Shown: piece by piece, positions 33,326-55,802 of the stretch
How the letters are laid out: every line of letters starts with the position of its first letter
How positions within the stretch are numbered: the stretch's first letter is position 1
Origin: the human T2T-CHM13v2.0 reference genome, Homo sapiens
NCBI RefSeq assembly: GCF_009914755.1
Contig: NC_060931.1
Reading direction: 5' to 3' (one strand)
Length of the DNA: 64,000 nt
Program-made: the position numbers and the translations under genes
Notes under the pieces: generated by a model
What the model saw: the letters and a program-made list of their open reading frames with translations, nothing else
Told to the model about the DNA's origin: nothing
Database searches by the model: none

Positions 33326-36118
33326 AAATTCCCCGACATAGGTTGGGTGGTCAGAGAAGCTAAATGTTAACAAGCAAGACAGTTGACCCCCACGTGGGGC
33401 ATCATAATGAGATCCTTTGTTTGTTTGTTTGTTTTATTTTTGAGGCAGAGTCTTGCTCTGTGGCCCAGGCTGGAGTGCAGTGGTGCAATCTTGGCTCACT
33501 GCAGCCTTGAACTCCTGGGTCAAGCAATCCTCCCACCTCAGCCTCCCAAGTAGCTAGAACTACAAGCAAGCACCACCACACTGGCTAATATTTTTATTTT
33601 TTGCAGAGATGGGGTCTTGCTATCTTACCCAGGCTGGTCTCAATATAATCAATCATCCAGCATTTCTATTAAAGGAACAGGCAAGTTGGAGCTTATAGGG
33701 TTTCCTAACTAGCCCCCAGAATTCCTTTTCATGAGGCATTTCTAGATGCTCAAGGATACCCCTAGGTTGAGACAGGTGTATTTCATTGGGATCTCCTTTG
33801 GGGAGAAGGCAGGTGAAGGGCCTAAAACCCATTGGTGCTGCCTGGTGAATGGCTTGAACCAGGTGCTAAAGAGAGGCTACCCAGTGTCAATGGGTCCTCA
33901 GCCATGCACCTCCCCTGGGGGAACACACTCTCTCTGTCACTGGGCACATGCTGCTCTGTGCTGGTGCTGGAAGCAGGGTGTCTCTGCACCACCCTCACCA
34001 AAGTGGTGTCCATGGGGTTCTTGCTTCTGTGGGTCACTTGCTTCCAAACTGAAATGTATGCAGGTCCACGGGACTGGGCAGAGCCTCAATCACATGCCTG
34101 CCTTCAGCCGCAAGGGTGATGGGGAGAGCTTATTCCTGAGCTTTATTTTGGGGAGGAGCTGGCCCATCAAGCGGGAAATTCTCCCAACATCGGTTAGGTG
34201 TTGAAAGGAGCTAAGTGTTAACAAGCAAGACAGTTGTCCACCACGTGGGGCGTCACAATGGGGTCCTTTTTTGTTTGTTTGTTTTTGAGGCAGAGTCTTG
34301 CTCTGTGGCCCAGGCTGGAGTGTAGTGGCATGATTATAGTTCACTGCAGCCTTAAACTCCTGGGTCAAGGAATCCTCCTGCCTTAATCTCCCAAGTATCT
34401 GGAACTACAGGCAACCAACATGACACATAATATTTTTATGTTTTGTAGAGATGGGGTCTTGCTACGTTGCCCAGGCTGGTCTCAAACCCCTGGCCTCAAG
34501 AAATCCTCGCACCTCGACCTCCCAAAGTGCTGGGATTATAGATGTGAGCCACTGCGCCCAGCCAAGGAGGTCCTGTGAAGGCCTGGTAAACAGAATGCTG
34601 CTCCTCCGCTTCCAAATCCACCACAGTGAAGGCAGGAACATGGATATTGAAAAGGGAGAGTGCCACTTTCTCAGCCATAGTCACCAAAACCTTCCCACCC
34701 GCAGCATCTCCGTTCCTGAGCCTGGCATTTGCAAGGCCATACATCCTTGTTGAGCAAGTGGATGAATGCATGGTCAATGGAGACAATGCAGACACACCTT
34801 AGTTGCCCCCGGCACAATATCTGCCATGCCTGGGATCGAGCCCCATGACCCCAACACATTCCCAACATGTCCCAACACTTCTCATTCTCACCTGCCCCCA
34901 CCCATTGGCCAGATCTGAAAGGTGGAGCTTTTGCTGTGTTTCCAGTTCTGCAACGAAAGGTGTGTCTCGAGGCCTGGCACAGTGGCTCACACCTGTAGTC
35001 CCAGCACTTTGAGAGGCCAAGGTGGGAGGATCACCTGAGGTCAGGAGTTCGAGACCAGCGTGACCAACACGGTGAACCCGTCTCTACTAAAAATACAAAA
35101 TTAGCTGGGCGTGGTGGCGGGCGCCTGTAGTCTCAGCTACTCAAGAGGCTGAGGCAGGAGAACTGCTTGAATCCGGGAGGCAGAGGTTGCAGTGAACCTA
35201 GATCACACCACTACACTCCAGCCTGAGCGACAGAGGGAGAGAGACTCCATCAAAAAAGAAAAAAGAAAGGTGTGTCACTCAGCCCAAACACCTTGCTATC
35301 CCTCCCACAAGGGACAGAGCCTGCTCACTTTATCCCGTGGACATTGGCCAGGATTTGGCTTAAATTCTTCCTTCAACAGATTTACATCTAGAAATACAGG
35401 GCAAGGGGCGGGAGGCAGATAAGCTGCTGCTGCTAGTCTAACCTTGGAATGACCTGCTGCAGAGAAGCCCTCCTTCCTGTACCATCTCCTGGGCCAGGGT
35501 CCACACTGGCCCCAACCAAACTCCAAGTGCCTGTGCTTAGCTGGGTCAGCTCCCCTGTTTTTGAGGCTGTGCAATCTGTTCTTTTTGTTTTTTTTTTTTA
35601 AGAGAGAGGGGTCTCACTATGTTGCCTAGGCTGGTCTCGAACTCCTGGATTCAAGCGATCCACCCACTTCCGCCTCCCAAAGTGCTGGGATTATAAACAT
35701 GAGCCACCGTGCCCGGCCCAGCCTGTTCTTGCTACTCTTCACCCTCAAACAAAGTCTCAGGTCTCAGGTGCCGAGGTCTCAGGGTGCCCATCTGAGCTGT
35801 GATACTCCCTTTAATCCTCATGACAACCTTTCCATCTCAGGTTCCCCTCATCCCCTCCCAGCTTTGCTTCCCAAGCCCGAGACTAAAATGAAAAAATCGC
35901 TCCAGTCTTTCCAGTTCCATAACTCCCTCTTCAACGAGATTTTTGGCTGATATCACCATCGAAGTATAATTTTCAGAAAGTTAATAACATGGTTCTCATG
36001 TAAATGTAAAATGAACACATGCCAAAGATGTATTTAACTTATTAATGAAATAATTAAGAGAGTTGGGTAAAGCAGTTTCAAAAGTGAATAAGTAAAGCTG
36101 GTTCAAAAAGCATTTGAG

Positions 36119-36423
36119 GGCTGGGCACGGTGGCTCATGCCTGTAATCCCAGCACTTTGGGAGGACAAGGCAGGCGGATCACCTAAGGTCAGGAGTTCGA
36201 GACCAGCCTGGCCAACGTGGCGAAACCCCATCTCCACCAAAAATACAAAAAATTAGCCAGGCATGGTGGCAGGCACCTGTAATCCCAGCTACCTGGGAGG
36301 CTGGGAGAATCGCTTGAACCCAGAAGGCGGAGGTTGCAGTGAGCCGAGATCACACCACTGCCCTCCAGCCTGGGCAACAAAGCGAGACTCTGTTTAAAAA
36401 AAAAAAAAAAGAAAGAAAGAAAG
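36119..36423 (+). mobile_element. AluS with a 38-bp flanking direct repeat
   Basis: Direct repeats at 36081-36118 and 36424-36461. Confidence 0.92.
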
Positions 36424-38216
36424 AAAGTGAATAAGTAAAGCCAATTCGAAAAGCATTTGAGGAACTGAGTATTTTGAAAAAAAAGATTGTTAGAATAAAG
36501 TTGCTAGGTTGGATACGAAACTAGTTAGTATCCTTACAGGGCAATAAGATCATAACATTTGGAAATATCACTTCTACCAGCAGAAATCAATTGCATTTCC
36601 ACCGGGAAAACATTCATCAAGTTAACATGTAACTCCGCAATGGCTAGGCTTTTAATCAATACTGAATTAAACAAAGGTACACTCCTCTATATTTAAATAA
36701 TCCAAGGGGGCTTGTTAAACAATGCTCCTGTGTGGCATTGAAAGAAGACATTGTTCTTTCTCTGTATTATTTCTTACTTTTTATTAACTCCTTGGACAGA
36801 TAGTGAAACCAAGCTCTCAAGGAAATGTCACTAAGAGATGGACCTGCATGCAGTGTTTAAAATCCTGCAGGGACCAGGTGCAGAGGCTCACACCTGTAAT
36901 CCCGGCACTTTGGGAGGCTGAGGTGGGAGGATCGCTTGAACCCAAGAGTCCAAGACCAGCCTGGGCAACATAGTCAAGCCCTGTCTCTACACGAAATACA
37001 AAAATTAACCAGGTGTGATGGCAATCCCTGTGGTCCCAGCTACTCAGGAGGCTGAGGCCAGAGGATCGCTTGAGCTGGGAAGGTTGAGGATGCAGTGAGC
37101 TGTGACTGCACCACTGCACTCTAGCCTGGGCGACAAGAGCGAGATCTTGTCCCAAAAAAAAAAAAAATCCAGCAGAGACCCTTCATTGCTCCCTAAAACG
37201 ATAAAACCCAACTCTTGGGCAGGACATATAAAGCCCTGTATGAGTTGAGACCGTCTCCCTCCTGCCTCTTGCCGCTTCTGCACATGTGCCCAGCACGTGG
37301 GGCTGTGCAGTCCCTAAACACACTGGCCTCTTCCATCCTTGACTTTGCCCAGGCTTCATTATCCCCCTGAACCTGAAACACCCTCTCAACAGTCATTCAT
37401 CTGGATTACTTCTGTGCTTACTTCGTGACATGTCCCAGGCAGTACTTTGTCCCCCCCAAGCCTGGGGAATCAAACCCTCTCAAGACAGTATCTAAACATA
37501 GCAATTATGGCATTCTTCCCAATGACTGGGTTCTTAACATGCACCGGGCTTTGTCCTGAATCATGTATGGGTCTTATCCAATGGAAACCTTTCAGCAAAG
37601 ATTGAACAAAGATAACGTTATCCCATTTTCCTTATAAAGAAAGTGAAGTGGCAGGGTGCGGTGGCTCAGGCCTGTGATCCCAGCACTTTGGGAGGTCGAG
37701 GCGGGTGGATATCGAGGTCAGGACCATCCTGGCAAACATGGTGAAACCTCGACTCTACTAAAAATACAAAAAATTAGCCAGGCATGGTGGCACGCGCCTG
37801 TAGTCCCAGCTATTCAGGAGGCTGAGGCAGGAGAATCACTTGAACCCAGGAGGTGGACGGAGGTTGCAGTGAGCCGAGATCGCGCCACTGCACTCCGGCC
37901 TGGGCGACAGAGTGAGACTCTGTCTCAAAAAAAAGAAAGTGAAGTTCAGAGAAATGAAGTTGCTTTCCAAAAATCACACAGCCAGAAAGTGGCCAAGGCA
38001 GGACTGGAACACAGATCTTTCTGATGCATAGCTTTAATTGTTCCTCTACCCTAGAGAGATTTACTTTTCACACTGCTCTGTGAAGATTTTCATGAGCCCC
38101 CTGAGGAAATGAATTTCATGGCATATGCCTTTTGCACAGATTGCTCAAGATTATCTGAAAATTTAGACAAGCTTGGCTCCAAAGAAGGAATATTAGGGAT
38201 GTTGTAGAAGAGCCTT

Positions 38217-38902
<686 letters not shown>

Positions 38903-40562
38903 AGCATTTAGTGTGTAAATCGTTGATAACCCCTGGGACTTCTGGGGTGACCTCCATTGGCAAAGCCTAGCCTATGAGCATAGTGCAGTGATGTGAGTCA
39001 TTTCCTGACTGAGACCTCTTAGGACCTCCAAAATAGTGGAATTCTACTAGACATACCCACATCATATCTCAACCCAAGCCTGCTAGTTTCCTGGGGCCTT
39101 CGTAAAACCAACCCCCTCAGCCTTCAAATGCTCTCAGCCTATAGCATTCAGGGATGCTTTTCCAGCTTCTCTTCAAACTATGCATTCATTCATGCATTCC
39201 ACACAATGATACTGAACACCTACCACGTGCCAGGCACTGTACAAGGTGCTGGAGGGGGCAGAGGTTAGCAAATCAGACAGGGGCAGAGTCCCCTGCTGGA
39301 GATCATGTTCTATTGCAGGGAAAAAGCTACTGAGAGAACGAATATATAAATGTGAAACCACAGTGTTAGGGAAAGTGCTATGAAGAAAAGGTGCGTCGCC
39401 AGGCGCCGTGGCTCACGCATGTAATCCCAGCACTTTGGGAGGCCAAGGCAGGTGGATCATTTGAGGTTAGGAGTTCGAGACCAGCCTGGCCCACATGGTG
39501 AAACACCGTCTCTACTAAAAATACAAAAACTAGCTGGGCGTGGTGGCGCGCACTTGTAATTCCAGCTACTTGGGAAGTTGAGACAGGAGAACTGCATGAA
39601 CCCAGGTGGCGGAGGTTGCAGTGAGCTGAGATCGTGCCACTGAACTCCAGCCTGGATGACAGAGCAAGACTGTCTCAACAAAAAAAGAAAGAAAAGGTGC
39701 ATGCCCTGAGAACATGAAAGCGAAAGGAGCTATTGAGCTGAGATCTGATGAGTAGAATTGTATTAGGGGAGCAAAGAATGAGTTGAAGGTGAGGGACAGA
39801 GAGAAGGCATGTGAGGCCCCAGTACACAAAAGAGTTAAAGGAGATCTAACTGATATTGCTCAGGGCCGCCACCTTCTCCTTACCCCTTTTTTAATTTTTG
39901 TTTTTTTGTTTTTGAGACTCTGTCACCCAGGCTGAGGTGCAGTGGCATGATCATAGCTCACTACAGCCTTGAACTCCTGGGCTCAAGCAATCCTCCTACC
40001 TCAGCCTCCTGAGTAGCTGGGACTACAGAAGAGCAACACCACATTCAGCTAACTTTTTGTTGTTGTTTTTGTAGAAACGGGGTCTTGCTTTGTTGTCCAG
40101 GCTGGTCTTGAACTCCTAGCTTCAAGCAATACTCCCACTTTGGCTTCCCAAAGTGCTAAGTCTACAGGCACATGCCACCATGCCTGGATAATTTTTTCAT
40201 TTTATTTTGTAGAGACGAGGTCTCACTATGTTCCCTAGGCTGGTCTCGAACTCCTAGCCTCAAGGGATCCTCCTGCCTCAGACTCTCCTTCTCTTTTCAT
40301 TGCCTTGCCAAGAGTCACCTTTGTGTCCATTGGGTTCTCCCAGGAATACTCGCCTTTATTCTCCAAAACCTCCTCTATCTAATCTCCTTTGTTCCAGTTA
40401 CATTCGTATCACGCTTTTCTGACATCCCTCCCTTACCCATTATTGACTAAGCTGCATTAAGACAGGAACCATGTGGTATTCATCTTCATGTCTTCAGAGC
40501 CTAGCACGTTGCTTGGATCAGAATAAGCATGTAATAAATGAATGAATGAAAATGGATGATGA

Positions 40563-41015
40563 TGCCAGGGCCATTGGCTCATGCCTGTAATTCCAATACT
40601 TTGGGAGGCTGAGTAGGGAGGATTGCTTGAGGTTAGAAGTTCAGGACCAGTAAGCAACGTAGCAAGACCTTGTCTCTACAAAATATACATATGTATTTTT
40701 ATAAATATATATGTTATATATTATATATATTGCCACTGCAATATTTATATATACTTTATATAAATAGTTATATTTTATGCAAATATATTTATATTATATA
40801 TTTATATAATATATAAATATAAATGTAATATATAAATAAATATATAAATATTATATAGAAATATATATATATTTTTTCTTAATTAGATGGGTGTGGTGGC
40901 ATGTTCCTGTAGTCCCAGCTACTCAGGAGGCTGAAACAGGAGGATTCTTTGACTCCAGGAGGTCAAGGCTGCAGTAAGCTATGATCACACCACTGCACTC
41001 CAGCCTGGGTGACCA
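40563..41015 (+). mobile_element. AluJ with its middle linker expanded into a ~190-nt AT-rich simple repeat
   Basis: TA-rich tract at 40682-40875 between the two Alu arms. Confidence 0.85.
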
Positions 41016-41239
41016 GGACATGCCACAAACATCCCAGTCTTCCTAAAATATTCATCCCAATGAGGATATGAAGCCCAGAGAAGGCCCCTGAGATCTCAGG
41101 GCCTAGTAAGGTGTATCAGTCTGTACCTGATTGCTTCCCCTGCTGCCTCCATGTCCTGACACTCTGTTATGCAGAAATGAACTGTGAGTGTATCATAAAT
41201 AACCGGGTACCCAAAATAAAGTCAACATTTGCAAACAAT

Positions 41240-47450
<6,211 letters not shown>

Positions 47451-47732
47451 TACTTTCTTGAATGGGAGAGAAATAGGTGGCCTTATACTTGTCTTGGCAG
47501 ACAGACAAATAATGCACAGCCTCTCTAAATAATGCACAGTCTCTACTAAAAATACAAAAAAAAATTTTTTTTAATTACCTAGGCATGGTAGTATGTGCCT
47601 GTAGTCCTAGCTTCTTGGGAGGCTGAAGACAGAAGATGGGTTGAGCCCAGGAGATTAAGGTTGCAGTGAGCTATGATTGAGCCACTGTACCCCAGCCTGG
47701 GCAACAGAGCAAGACTCTTAAGTATTAACTCA

Positions 47733-47909
<177 letters not shown>

Positions 47910-48077
47910 TTAATTTAATCATTTTTTAAATCCATGCATAAATTTCATTTTAAAGTAAGGAATTGGATGAAGAAAGTTTAAGTAGTGCTGTCTACATACA
48001 CATTTGTGCATAAGCTAGATTGATCTGTGGCCATTGCGCTTAACAGAAAGTTAAATGTGGCTGGGCATGGTGGCTCA

Positions 48078-48760
<683 letters not shown>

Positions 48761-49871
48761 TAATGAACTTCTCAATAAAAAGGCTGTAGTAATAATACAT
48801 ATAAACCTGTAAATCATCTATATCATACCCTTTTTTACAATACAATAACTTTTTTTTTGAGATGGAGCCTTGTTCTGTCGCCCAGGCTGGAGTACAGTGG
48901 CATAATATCAGCTCACTGTAACCTCTGTCTTCTGGGTTCAAGTGATTATCCTGCCTCAGCCTCCTGAGTAGCTAGGATTACAGGTGCATGCCACCACACC
49001 TGGCTAATTTTTTATATTTTTGGTAGAGACTGAGTTTCACCATGTTGGCCAGGCTCGTCTCAAACTCCTGACCTCAAGTAATCCGCCTGCCTTGGCCTCC
49101 CAAAGTGCTGGGATTACGGGAGTGAGCCACCGAGCCCAGCCACAATACAATAAGATTTAGTTGTACTACCTCTTCACTTGTATGTAGGTCTAAAAAAGTG
49201 TTTTTGAAAAATTTAAAGCTTTAAGATTTTTTATTAAAGTCATTTATATTTTCTCCAATTTCTTCCTTCATTCATTCAATAAATACTCACTGATTACCTA
49301 CTATATGGTAGCTAGTAGATTTCTTATAAAACATCAAATTTATTTTCATCAGGTACTTTAGTTATATAGTTATAGAATGCAACTGGGGCAACATTTATTT
49401 TGCTTCCATACAAAATTTTAATGGATTCAGAATCTAGCCACATTCACGGGAGTATTCTTATTATGTATCATGTGTGTATCATGCTTTATAATCATCGTCG
49501 ATGTGGATGTATCTCTCCTTCCTCTTCTTTCTTTCTGGAGATAGGGTCTTGTTCTGTTGCCCTGGCTGGAGTACAGTGGTGTGATCATAGCTCACTGCAG
49601 CCTCAAACTCTTTGGGCTCAAGTGATCTCCTGCCTCAGCCTCCTGTCTACTTCATCTTTGATATGGGTGAGGGATGAACAAGGATCTATGGGGCTAAACA
49701 GTTGGCGAGAATGGTGTGAAAACAGACAAGGTGAGTAGACCTCAGAAGAGGACCAAAATAGGGGGTTGTAAAAGTTTAACACGTGTGAAAAAGACTGGGA
49801 CGGGCAGCTGCTTGTGGGTGTTGAGACCAGGAAATAAAACTCCCCAGCTGGGGAATGAGAAAATAGAGAGG

Positions 49872-50483
<612 letters not shown>

Positions 50484-50668
50484 TCATGAGCAGTTTTAAC
50501 CTGAGCTCAAGGACAAATACCATGCTGGGCATGGTGGCTCACACCTATGATCCCAACACTTTGGGAGGCCAAGGTGAATCACTTGAGCCCAGGTGTTAAA
50601 GAGCAGCCTGGGAGGATCACTTGAGCCCAAGTGTTTAAGACCAGCCTGGACAACATAACAAGACCCTA

Positions 50669-50888
<220 letters not shown>

Positions 50889-52991
50889 CTAATACTTTGG
50901 GAATTGATAGAGGTTAGGGGGCCTAAAGTTCACTCTCCCTTTCTTTCAGAATTCCAGCTAATAAGAGAGCACTCAGTGAGTGGCCAAATGGATACCAGAG
51001 AATCATTGTTATTAATGGGCCACAGAGTACTTACTAACCCCAAAGTGTAGGGCTCTCTGCTAAACTATATTGGAGCACGTGCCTTGGACCAGATATCTGA
51101 TGTGTCTCCTGTTACCCTGCCAGCTTCAGGAAGAATCACAGGCCTGCCTCACGTACCCATTCACTTTTTTTTTAGATATAGGATCTCACTCTGTTGCCCA
51201 GGCTTGGGTACAGTGGTGCAATCATAACTCACTGCAGCTTTAATCTCCTGGGATCAACCCATCCTCCCTCTTCAGCCTCCCAAGAAGCTAGGACTGTAGG
51301 CACATAGCACCATGCCCAGGTAATCTTTTTATTTTTTGTAGAGATAGGGTCTCACTATGTTGCCCAGGCTTCCAGTTACTTCTTAAAAACTGATCCTTAT
51401 TCTGACCCAGGTGAGCTTACTCATGGAAGCTGGAAGCATAGGAGAGCCTACAGACTCCTTATCGACCATGAGACAGTCAAGATAGATATGGTAAAATTTT
51501 TTTTTCTTCTAAACTCAATCCCCAGTTATGTGGTTCAAGGATTATTGGGCCCTGTGAGTCCATCCGCCAACCCTCCACCCATGTGAAGAAGTATTGAAAC
51601 CATGGGAACAGAAGTGAAGCTTTTCCCTCCAATACTCCTCCTCCAGGCCACAGATTCAGAAGGCCATCTCCTCTTTGGAAACAGGGGAAACAGGCAGAAC
51701 AAGGGAAAATCATTCTCCCTTGACCAAAAAGAATCACGATAGCTTTTCTGAATTCAATTCAACATATCCTTGCTGAGTACCTGTGATCCCAGCCCTCCTG
51801 GCACAGTCTTATCTGTAAATATTCTTAGCAGAAGTAAGAAAGCAGAATTGGAGCTTTTCTTATCTTTCACTTACACTTTCTTAGTACGATTTTTCTGGTA
51901 GCTTAAGTCTGATGTCCTATGAAGTGTGAGGGATCAAGCCCAGGACAGTCTAATCTCGAGAAAGAGTGTCACTCTATTAAAGTGACTGAATCCCACTGAG
52001 CTTGTTCACCAGCTGGAACCGCAGAACTCATGTTGTTTCTTGACTGTTTGCCTCAAGAGGAACCTCTTGAAAGAGCCTTTATTTCATGTTCCTAAAAACT
52101 GGAAGCAGCAAAAAGAAAGGAGTGGGTATGAAGGTTGGCAATTGCACCCTCTAAAGCCAACCCTTTGCATGAAGATAAGAAGGAAAGACACTATGGTGGA
52201 GGGGGTGGGTCCCATGGTAGCCCCAACCTTCAGCACCCTGTGACCAGGCAAGAGACAGTTGTTGCACCGTCTTCCTCATAGCAGAGTCTAGCTGCACTCA
52301 AAGACTTCCTTATCACTCCCCAATTCCAGGGCTGCTGGGACATGTACCCCAATGTCTTTCTCATACATTTCAGGTACCAGGAAGTCCACATATGGCTGGA
52401 TCCTCATATGAAGCCAAGTCTCCTGGCTCCTAGCCAGGGCTCTCTAGACAGCCTAGTGGAGACCATTCCAGATAAAAATTACTTTCTTTGGTGTCTTTGC
52501 TGTCTTAGGCAAAGGAATTGCAAGTAAAGCTTGAAGAGATTAAGGCTAAAGAAATAAGTGGGAAGAAATAGAGACCATGGCTTCTCCTTGGCAAATAGAG
52601 GAAGACCTTCCACATTAGTAGAGTTCAAAAGAGTCCTCCAGAAATGGTCGTCTATAGTGTGTCTTTCCACATCAATCTAACCCCCAAGGGCTTAGGGATT
52701 CCAGCAAGTAGAAGACCTTTAGAAAATGCTTATACAGTATGATCTCAATTATGCAATTATAAAATAAAACAAAATAAACAAAAACACTGTGTGGACAAAA
52801 AGACTGGCAGAAAATACTATAAAATGTTGACAGAGAGGGTTATATAGAGCAATGACTCTGGAGTCAGGCAGACGCGGATTTTCATCTCCTCTGCCATTTA
52901 CCCACTGTGCTGCCGTGGCCATGTTGTCTAACTTCTCTGACCTCAATTTCCTCCTCTACAGTAGGAATAATAGCACCTACCTCAAAGTGTT

Positions 52992-53372
52992 TGATATGGT
53001 TTAGCTCTGTGTCCCCACCCAAATCTCATGTTGAATTGTGGTCTTCAGCGTTGGAGGAGGCGCCTGGTGGGAGGTGACTGGATCATGGGGGGCAGATTTC
53101 CCCCTTGCTGTTCTCCTGATAGTGAGTGAGTTCTCACGAGATCTGGTTGTTTTAAAGTGTGTAGTACTTCCCCTTTGCACTTTCTCTCCTGTCACCATGT
53201 GAAGATGTGCTTGCTTCCCCTTCACCCTTCCACCATGATTGTAAGCTTCCTGAGGCCTCCCAGCCATGCTTCCTGTACAGCTTGCAGAACTATGAGTCAA
53301 TTAAAGCTCTTTTCTTCATAAATTACTCAGTCTCAGGTAGTTCTTTAGGCAGTGTGAAAATGGACTAATACA
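52992..53372 (+). mobile_element. MSTA-like MaLR solo LTR inserted in a MIR
   Basis: tgatatggttt...ggactaataca termini with a perfect 5-bp TSD gtgtt. Confidence 0.93.
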
Positions 53373-53435
53373 GTGTTGTTGTGAAAATTGCATTATATAA
53401 TGTATGTAATGCCTAGTGCTTAAAATGATGCTCAA

Positions 53436-53733
53436 GGCCGGGCGCGGTGGCTCACGCCTGTAATCCCAGCACTTTGGGAGGCCGAGGCGGGTGGATCACG
53501 AGGTCAGGAGATCGAGACCATCCTGGATAACATGGTGAAACCCTGTCTCTACTAAAAATACAAAAAAATAGCCAGGCGTGGTGGCAGGCGCCTGTAGTCC
53601 CAGCTACTCGGGAGGCTGAGGCAGGAGAATGGCGTGAACCCGGAAGGCGGAGTTTGCAGTGAGCCAACCAGCCTGGGCAACAGAGCGAGACTCCGTCTCA
53701 AAAAAAAAAAAAACAAAAACAAAAACAAAAAAC
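53436..53733 (+). mobile_element. AluY with a short right-arm deletion
   Basis: AluY diagnostics, CpG-rich, perfect TSD aaaatgatgctcaa; reads gagccaa|ccagcctgg. Confidence 0.93.
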
Positions 53734-55454
53734 AAAATGATGCTCAAAAATTGGTGGTTGCCCAGGTGCAGTGGCTCATGTCTGTAATTCTAGCACTTTG
53801 GCAGACTGAGGCGGGAAGATCAGTTGAGGCCAGGCCTTCAAGAGCAGCCTGGGCAACAGAGCAAGATCCTATTTCTGCAAAAAGTTAAAAAATTAGCCAA
53901 GTATGGTGGTGTGCACCTGTAGTCCTAGCTACTCAAGAAGCTGAGGCAGGAGAATCGCTTGAGCCCAAAAGGTTGAGGTTGCAGTGAGCTATGATTGCAC
54001 TACTGCAGCCCAGCCTGGGCAACATGGTAAGACTCTGTCTCAAAAAGAGAAAAAAATGGTGTTCTGCAGCCTGACAAGGGTTCTTTTCTTTCACGTTCAT
54101 TCCATGAGGCACTTCACTGGGGCCTTCAGGACTGCTGTGTGCAAATAAAGCCCATTTCTTCAGGACAAGCCTCTGCCCTGTGCAATTAGCTGCAATGGGG
54201 AGGTAGTGGGGAAATGAAAACTCATAGAGTAGAGAGGAAGACCACTGCTCACAACTGCACTTTTATCCTCTCATTAAGTGACCAGAGGCCCTGAAAGAAC
54301 ACACCAACGGTCATTTTTTGCACAAGTAGCAAACACTGAGACACTGTTCCAAACAGCAAGGTAATTCAAGATGCCATAAGTTATGTCCTCTTGTTGCAAA
54401 TATTACATAACAGATAGAATTTTCCCTTTAACTAAGATATGGGGCAAACTATGGAGGCCAAACAAGGGACTCCAACTCTCAAAGGCAGTTTCTCCAGTGC
54501 CCTCATCATGCTCCCAATCTCATCTCTACCCTTGGGCTCAAAGGATCAGGCACCTAGGCTAGGCCACAGCTTTTCAAATTACAACTACTGCAAACAACAG
54601 AGGTAGCCGACAGGTAAGACACAAACAGAAATGTGCCACCTTGGCCTTCAGTGTGAACTACATTTGTTCTCAAGAGTGTTTAAGCCAATAGCTCATGGAA
54701 TTTAAAACTGAGAATGAACTTAAATGTCTAAGCCTTGGTTTCCCATATAAGACTCAATCTATTGACATACCCAAGGTCAGAGAGTTAGTGGCGTGATCTT
54801 GGTCAATTCAAATAGCAAAGCCAGGTCTAGAAGCCAAGCCTCCTAACTGCCAGCCAAAGATGCTTCCTCTAAAGATGGATTTTGTTTTGTCCCACATTGC
54901 TGGGTTGATTGGTTCCACCCTTTGGGAGGTGCTTACTACAGGGGCTGTTGTACAAGATGGAGCAACGCAGATCTTGCATGCAAGTTGGGTGAGAATTGGA
55001 AGCAAGGCCTTGCCACCTGTGTAGTCCTGCGGCTGCTGTTTCTCACAGTCACAAGCTGTCACAGACCTCCAGCTAATGCCAGCAGGGCTGTGGGGGCACC
55101 ATGCCAACCGCTGGGTCAGCCCTCGTGGCTCTAATAGTTGGACTAGTGATTAGAATGAAAGTACCCACTCTTATCTGGACCTGGTCATTATCTGTGAATG
55201 GGGACAACAGATGAGCCCCTCACAGCACCATGGCAACGATCAGAAAATACACTGGCTGCCGAGCACCGGAACAGTCGTGCTCCTGCAATGCATCCCTGCT
55301 GGCACATGCTATCCAGGACGTATGGACAATGGTATGTTCGATCCTCAGAAAATCGTCATCTCCATCACAGATGACTAACACATTTGCAGAGACTAAATCA
55401 CAAGGACAACAAGATAAATGTAAAAATGTAGCTGAACACGAGTATTCTTTTTTA

Positions 55455-55802
55455 CAGCTTTGAGATAGAATTCACCCATTGAAAGTATGCAGTCCAGTGG
55501 TTTTTAGAATACTCACAGAATTTGGCAACTATCACCACAACCTAATTTTAAAACATTTTCATCACCCCCGAAAGAAACTCCACACCCTTTAGCTGATATT
55601 CCCCAGTCTCCCGCCATCTCCCCGGGTCTCCCACCACCTCCCCGGGTCTCCCACCATCTCTAGGCAGCCACTAATCTCTGTCTCTATAGATTTGCTTATT
55701 CCAGACATTTCACAGAAATGGTATCATACAATATGTAGTCTTTTATGATGACTAAATGGCCTCTTTCATTTAGCATAATGTTTTCAAGGTTTGTCCATGT
55801 GA
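55455..55802 (-). mobile_element. L1M 3' end fragment containing a 3 x 20-bp tandem repeat (55602-55660)
   Basis: aacattttcatcacccccgaaagaaac and ctttcatttagcataatgttttcaagg motifs. Confidence 0.85.

Noticed and set aside
49420-49505. Possible C/D box snoRNA on minus (acgatga ... ctga, ~75 nt apart)
   Set aside because: The C box is non-consensus, with no convincing terminal stem, recognisable guide or host intron.
54900-55450. Unique stretch with a few extra CpGs and an RFX half-site
   Set aside because: Too weak to call an exon or regulatory element from sequence alone.
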